Shown here: piece after piece, positions 58,939 through 64,000 of the stretch
Layout of the letters: the number at the start of each line of letters is the position of its first letter
How positions within the stretch are numbered: the stretch's first letter is position 1
Sequence record: SRR22947725_171
Direction: 5' to 3' (one strand)
Length of the DNA stretch: 64,000 nt
Program-made: the position numbers and the translations under genes
Notes under the pieces: generated by a model
What the model saw: only the letters and a program-made list of their open reading frames with translations
Told to the model about the DNA's origin: nothing
Databases searched by the model: none

Positions 58939-61359
58939 ATGGATGATGGCCACGAATCAGATCTAGACCAAGCAAAAATTGATGCTCTTATATTTTTGTT
59001 TTCAAGTGGCCAAATAGAAGATGCTATTCTTAAAGCCGATGAATTAATTCAAAAATATCCCCAAGACTCAAAAATATACAATATTAAAGGTGCCTGCCTA
59101 GCAGCGGTAGGTGAATCAAAACTTGCAATCACTTCCTATAAGAAATCAATCGATATCAGCCCAGAATATGCTGAAGCTCATAACAATTTAGGTATTACGT
59201 TTCAGCATATTGAAGAATTTGATAAGGCAGTACTCTGTTTTGAAAAAGTGCTCACTTTGAGCCCAGATTCTATTGATGCGTTTAATATACTTTGCAATGC
59301 AATTAAAGAACTTAATCAACCATCAAAAGCTTTGGAGAGCTTCAAAAGAATTATTAATATAAAACCTAATCTTGCTGAGGCGCACTTCAATCTTGGAGTT
59401 GCACTTCAGGAGGCTGGTGAACTAGAAGACTCAGTCACTAGTTATGAACAAGTCATTAACCTTAATCCAAATTTTGTTGAAGCATATTACAACCTTGGAA
59501 TCATAATGCAAGAGCTGAATAGAAAGCATGAATCTTTTGGCGTCTTTGAAAAAGCACTCATGATTGATTCAGAAAATTTAAATGTTCTCAATAATCTGGG
59601 TACGCTCTACAGTGAAACTGGACAATTTGATAAAGCGATCATAAATTTTGAGAAAGTAATTAATATTGACCCAGATAATATCAGTGCGCTCAATAATCTA
59701 GGAATCACTCATGGTAAAACTGGACAATTAGATGATGCCGTCACTTATTTTGACAAGGCACTCAATATTGACCCACATGATACAAACATTCTTAATAACC
59801 TTGGTATCACATATGCTGATTTTAACCAAGAGGGTGATGCAGTTAGAAGTTATGAAAAGGCAATAAAAGTAAAGCCAGATGATGTTGAGGCTTATGTCAA
59901 TCTTGGAGAAAGTCTTGGCTTGTTAAAACAAAAAAAGAGTGCACTAAAATATTTCGAAAAAGCCTTTTCTCTTGAGCCTGAAACTGAGCTTCTCCTTGGG
60001 AAGATCTTAAACACTAAAATGGCACTTTGTAATTGGAATGAACTTACAATTAATCTTGAAATATTGGCCAATAAAATTAACAGTGATAAAAAAGTTATAA
60101 CACCTTTCTCTCTATTAGCGCTAATAGATGACCCAGTATTACAGCTAACTAATGCCAAAATCTATGCAAGAGAATTCCCTCAAGATTTAACATTACCTAA
60201 AATTAAGACCTATGAAAATCATACGAAAATTCGTATTGGTTATTTTTCAGCTGATTTTCATAATCATCCAACAATGCATTTAATTGCAGAGTTATTTGAG
60301 AAACACGATAAGAGTAAATTTGAACTGATTGCTTTTTCTTTTGGTCCAGATTCTAATGATGAATGGAGAAAAAGAGCTGTTTCGAGTTTTAATGAATTTA
60401 TTGATGTAAGATTCAAATCTGACCTAGATATTGCCCTAATGGCGAGAGAAATGGAAATTGATATTGCAGTTAACCTCGGGGGTTACACACAATCCTCAAG
60501 AACGGAAATTTTTGCAAAATTAGCTGCGCCAATTCAGGTGAGTTATCTAGGTTTTCCAGGGACAATGGCTCTAGACTACATAGATTATTTAATCGCAGAC
60601 TACACCCTAATACCTTTAAATATGCAAAAACATTACTCAGAAAAAATTGTCTACATGCCTGACAGTTATCAGGTAAATATTTCAGATAGGGATTTCTCTA
60701 ATAAGGTAATAACACGTGCACAACATGGACTACCTGAAAAAGCCTTTGTCTTTTGTTGTTTCAATAATAATCATAAAATCACACCATATACCTTTAATAG
60801 TTGGATGCGAATTCTCAAACAAGTTAAAGGGAGTGTGCTCTGGTTATTTGAAAATACTGAGGATATGGTTGAGAACATATCAATTGAAGCAGAAAAATTT
60901 GGAATAGATAGAAATCGTTTAGTTTTTGCTAAGTATATGCATGTTGAGGATCACTTAAATAGACTCAAATGTGCCGATATTTTTCTTGACACTCTGCCAT
61001 ATAATGCTCATACGACAACGAGTGATGCTCTTAGAATGAGGCTTCCTGTTTTAACCCTTATTGGTAATTCATTTGCAAGTAGAGTTGCTGCAAGCCTTTT
61101 AAATGCGGTAAATTTACCTGAGCTAATTACCACTTCTCAGGAACAGTATGAGTCCTTTGCTATTAATTTAGCTTTAAATCCTAAAAAGCTTACTGCCATT
61201 AGAGAGAAACTCGACAACAACTTAGCTTCGGCCCCGCTATTTAATTCTCTTTCATTCACACAAAACTTAGAAAAAGGATTCGAAGAGATGCTCCAGCGCT
61301 ATAAGTCGGGTCTTAAGCCAGATCACCTATACCTCAAAGAAGAGCATAGTCTTAAATAA
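58939..61359 (+). CDS. TPR-repeat protein with O-GlcNAc transferase/SPINDLY-type (GT41) catalytic domain
   Basis: About 9-10 TPRs (AEAHNNLG...), RIGYFSADFHNHP, APIQVSYLGFPGT, FCCFNNNHKI, DIFLDTLPYNAHTT.SDAL, FASRVAASLL. Confidence 0.9.
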   Translation: MDDGHESDLDQAKIDALIFLFSSGQIEDAILKADELIQKYPQDSKIYNIKGACLAAVGESKLAITSYKKSIDISPEYAEAHNNLGITFQHIEEFDKAVLCFEKVLTLSPDSIDAFNILCNAIKELNQPSKALESFKRIINIKPNLAEAHFNLGVALQEAGELEDSVTSYEQVINLNPNFVEAYYNLGIIMQELNRKHESFGVFEKALMIDSENLNVLNNLGTLYSETGQFDKAIINFEKVINIDPDNISALNNLGITHGKTGQLDDAVTYFDKALNIDPHDTNILNNLGITYADFNQEGDAVRSYEKAIKVKPDDVEAYVNLGESLGLLKQKKSALKYFEKAFSLEPETELLLGKILNTKMALCNWNELTINLEILANKINSDKKVITPFSLLALIDDPVLQLTNAKIYAREFPQDLTLPKIKTYENHTKIRIGYFSADFHNHPTMHLIAELFEKHDKSKFELIAFSFGPDSNDEWRKRAVSSFNEFIDVRFKSDLDIALMAREMEIDIAVNLGGYTQSSRTEIFAKLAAPIQVSYLGFPGTMALDYIDYLIADYTLIPLNMQKHYSEKIVYMPDSYQVNISDRDFSNKVITRAQHGLPEKAFVFCCFNNNHKITPYTFNSWMRILKQVKGSVLWLFENTEDMVENISIEAEKFGIDRNRLVFAKYMHVEDHLNRLKCADIFLDTLPYNAHTTTSDALRMRLPVLTLIGNSFASRVAASLLNAVNLPELITTSQEQYESFAINLALNPKKLTAIREKLDNNLASAPLFNSLSFTQNLEKGFEEMLQRYKSGLKPDHLYLKEEHSLK
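59587..59811 (+). repeat. 102-bp-period tandem TPR-coding DNA repeats
   Basis: CTCAATAATCT at 59587 and 59689, CTTAATAACCT at 59791. First two units share AAACTGGACAATT and AATATTGACCCA. Confidence 0.75.
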
Positions 61360-61397
61360 TTAATACTTTTAATAACAAATTAGTTTTTAAAGTCACT

Positions 61398-62378
61398 CTA
61401 CTTCTGCCAATTCGGTAGTGAGTCATATCCCAACTGCAATAAAAGATGCGGTACATCGACAAACACCCAATTTTCCACTAAAAGCTCATTTTCACGGCGC
61501 CACCAATCACAAACACGCATAAAAACTCGCTCGTTGATTGGGCCTTGTCCTAGGAAAGGTTTGATGTTAACCCCTGTCAAGGATGGCCAGCCTCCTGAAC
61601 AGGTGTAATTACCCTCGCCAAATCTTGTGAAGTGTTTTGTAAAGCCATTGTTTTTTGTTCCGCCTGACCATCCTTCAAACTGAGATTCAAACGGGACCTG
61701 AAATGAAGCGAATTCGTCAACACCAATAAAAGAGCCAAACGCACCCGGTCCATACCACATCATATTCTTATGCCAATAGGGTCGCCAAGCCTCATCCTTT
61801 GTCGCTAATTTATCAAGCATATCAGTCACAATTTGATAGCTTTGCTGGCCTTCAGCAGGATCTAAAGAACTTTTGAGAACGCCATCTTGTGATGCAGGCC
61901 CTTGAATTAGTCCAGTGTAACCTCGCGAAAGTCCTGGGCCCATATCCAAAGGCCACTGATTACAAGCAATCATCAGTTCAGGAATGTCTAGATAGATATA
62001 GCTTTCAACAGCTTGGCCTTTCTCAATACGGTGGAATTCACCATAGCGAATATAACTAAGCGTTTTCGTCGCTTTAAGGCCAATCCAATCTCTTACAAAT
62101 TGCCCCACATAATAACCTGTTGAGCTAATCCAATTTTGTCCCTCAAATTCTCCAGCCATGAAGATATCATCGCGCCGATAAAGGCCTTCAAATGAGTATT
62201 GAAGTGGCAATAAAAATTCATTAAGGTAGACATCAGCACCTTTTAACTGATTAAACGGATGGACAACATTAATGTCAGCATCCTCACTGTAAAAACTCGC
62301 AATGTTCGAAGAGAAGTCTCCCGGATGGCTCAATGCATTTGCATATGTTAAATAAAGTTTACGATTATTTATTGACAT
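61398..62378 (-). CDS. SnoaL-like/ester cyclase protein (tandem NTF2-like domains), paralog of 52744-53757
   Basis: RRDDIFMAG, IRYGEF, MMWYGPGAFG, GGWPSL, MRVCDWWRRENELLVENW. Confidence 0.75.
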   Translation of the reverse strand: MSINNRKLYLTYANALSHPGDFSSNIASFYSEDADINVVHPFNQLKGADVYLNEFLLPLQYSFEGLYRRDDIFMAGEFEGQNWISSTGYYVGQFVRDWIGLKATKTLSYIRYGEFHRIEKGQAVESYIYLDIPELMIACNQWPLDMGPGLSRGYTGLIQGPASQDGVLKSSLDPAEGQQSYQIVTDMLDKLATKDEAWRPYWHKNMMWYGPGAFGSFIGVDEFASFQVPFESQFEGWSGGTKNNGFTKHFTRFGEGNYTCSGGWPSLTGVNIKPFLGQGPINERVFMRVCDWWRRENELLVENWVFVDVPHLLLQLGYDSLPNWQK

Positions 62379-62437
62379 AATTTTTTCTTTTAAATTAGAT
62401 AATCCTTAGATCAACTTAGTGCATAAATGTTTTAAAA

Positions 62438-63142
62438 CTAGGTACGGGATTTTTCAAAATCCTCCCATGCTTTTTTAAAATCATCAAAACTAAATTCTGT
62501 TTTTTCTGCAGGATCTAATATGAGCCTCTCAGATGCAAACAACTTGTGAATTGAATCTTTCAAAATAGGTATAACTTCAGAAGGAATTACAACAGCTCCA
62601 TGACGATCAGCATGAATTAACTCGCCTGGTGCCACAGTCATACCAAAGATATTTACAGGGGTATCTATCTCACGCACATGGACAAAACCATGACTAGGAC
62701 CAACCGATCCTGCAACAACTGGAAAGGCTTCAGCAAGATCCCCTAAGTCTCTCATTACTCCATTTGTTAGAGTTCCTGATAGTCCAAACCCTTTGTGAAC
62801 TTTTGTATTAATCTCACCCCAATAAGCGCCAATACAATCAGGATAGTCAACATCCTCAATTACAGTGACCATTGGCCCATCAACCTCGGACATATATCGG
62901 TAGTAATTCATTCTGCGCTCTTTAATAATATCTTGATTTTCGGTCGGCGGATCAAGTGCAGCAATTTTTGCAGTCTTGGCAAAACCAACTATAGACCCAC
63001 CTTCAGGATCTGAGCAAATCATTGTGCCTCGTGTAAACTTTGAAAAACCCCTTTTGCCTTGAGCCACTTCGATAGCATTACAGACCGTTGGCGTATCAAC
63101 TGAGCGAAGGAGTGTGAGTAATTCTGGATCTAATTTAGCCAT
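62438..63142 (-). CDS. RraA/HMG-aldolase family protein
   Basis: DTPTVCNA, AYWGEIN, TNGVMRDL, V.PGELIHADRHGAVVIP. Confidence 0.85.
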   Translation of the reverse strand: MAKLDPELLTLLRSVDTPTVCNAIEVAQGKRGFSKFTRGTMICSDPEGGSIVGFAKTAKIAALDPPTENQDIIKERRMNYYRYMSEVDGPMVTVIEDVDYPDCIGAYWGEINTKVHKGFGLSGTLTNGVMRDLGDLAEAFPVVAGSVGPSHGFVHVREIDTPVNIFGMTVAPGELIHADRHGAVVIPSEVIPILKDSIHKLFASERLILDPAEKTEFSFDDFKKAWEDFEKSRT

Positions 63143-63819
63143 TTTTTTAATACCTCTGTTGTTTCTTTTGGTTGCTCTAATGTAGGAATATGACCAGCAT
63201 TGTTAATAATTTTTAACTCTGAATCATTGATTATACTATGCATCAACTCATGCCTTTCTACTGGACATAATATATCGTTTGAGCCACATATCACCAATAC
63301 TGGAACCGCAATTAAGCGCAATGTACTTTGTTGGTCTACTCTTGTTTTCAAGGCCTTTGATTGATTTATAAATACTTCTGGGCCCATCGATTTAGCCATC
63401 TCCATACAGGTATGGAGGATACTCTCTCGATTATCACTAGCATCTAAATAGTTAGGCTTCATCTCATCACGCATGACATCAACAAGCTTGCCTTCCTTTG
63501 CAGCCTTCATTTGAGGGTCTCTCATCGCTTTAACCTCTTCAAGCTCCGCTTTATGATTGGTATCCATAAGCACCAACTTTTCAATTCGACTGGGCTCCTG
63601 GGCGTACATCTCCATAGCGACAATACCTCCCATAGAATGACCTAAGAGATGAAACTTGGGTGGTGATTTTTTGAGTACTTCAGCTGCTAAGTCCTGAACA
63701 GTTGAATGTCCAGAAATATCTGCGACAATAATCCTTATTGAATCGCTAAGTCCTTCAATTTGTGGTGCAAAAATACGTTCATCACACATCATTCCAGGAA
63801 TCATAACAAGAGTCTTCAC
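63130..63819 (-). CDS. Alpha/beta-fold hydrolase
   Basis: GHSMGG nucleophile elbow, GSND, AGHIP; GTG start. Confidence 0.9.
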   Translation of the reverse strand: MKTLVMIPGMMCDERIFAPQIEGLSDSIRIIVADISGHSTVQDLAAEVLKKSPPKFHLLGHSMGGIVAMEMYAQEPSRIEKLVLMDTNHKAELEEVKAMRDPQMKAAKEGKLVDVMRDEMKPNYLDASDNRESILHTCMEMAKSMGPEVFINQSKALKTRVDQQSTLRLIAVPVLVICGSNDILCPVERHELMHSIINDSELKIINNAGHIPTLEQPKETTEVLKKWLN

Positions 63820-64000
63820 TATTGATTGCTCGCAATCTTAGCACCCTCGGATAGTGACTCTAGCTTAGCAAATGCAATGTCTGGATCCACTGCACCAAAA
63901 CCTGCAAAAGTACCAAAACCGCAATCTGAACCCGCAATGACTCTCTCTTTTCCGACTATATTGACAAATTTATTAATTCGTTCAGCCACCAACTCAGGAT
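63819..64000 (-). CDS. C-terminus of a cobalamin-independent methionine synthase II family (MetE-like) protein, partial, not in ORF track
   Basis: Hand translation gives PELVAERINKFVNIVGKERVIAGSDCGFGTFAGFGAVDPDIAFAKLESLSEGAKIASNQ*, with a DCGF Zn-ligand motif. Its TAG overlaps the GTG of the hydrolase. Confidence 0.85.
   Translation of the reverse strand, partial: PELVAERINKFVNIVGKERVIAGSDCGFGTFAGFGAVDPDIAFAKLESLSEGAKIASNQ

Noticed and set aside
1-64000. CRISPR arrays, IS elements, integrases, prophage genes, rRNA/tRNA
   Set aside because: No spaced repeats, transposase/integrase motifs or structural RNA signatures were seen by eye; short ncRNAs could be missed without a covariance-model search

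Overview
AT-rich, gene-dense bacterial chromosome segment. Gene content and compactness suggest a streamlined marine gammaproteobacterium, possibly SUP05/Thioglobaceae-like (inference only). The first ~9 kb are housekeeping and envelope genes: cysS (partial), a yrfG-like nucleotidase, an imine-reductase-like oxidoreductase, PPi-type PFK, adk, lptA, an elongated lptC, thiE, cfa and dsbB. The remaining ~55 kb is a catabolic superlocus for methylated amines, osmolytes and C1/glycine. It holds a PhnZ-like HD protein, soxBDAG with an orphan ferredoxin reductase, a fused oxoprolinase/hydantoinase, DUF1989, creatinase, gcvTHP-gcvR, ghrA, a truncated CysN-CysC, sdaA, two non-pyrrolysine MttB methyltransferases, a DMG dehydrogenase-like enzyme and a DddP-like enzyme. 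Three operons have no pathway I can assign: (1) ALDH/M19 amidohydrolase/580-aa unknown/DUF3726-like; (2) MttB/SDR/SDR/DHDPS-like/ALDH/FAD oxidase; (3) MetE-like/hydrolase/RraA/two SnoaL-like proteins/sugar ABC/GMC oxidase, interrupted by a TPR-GT41 gene. Non-coding signals read directly are a duplicated 52-bp promoter, two LacI-type operators, several sigma70 promoters and intrinsic terminators. No rRNA, tRNA, CRISPR or IS element was seen. All family assignments come from motif recognition, not database searches.
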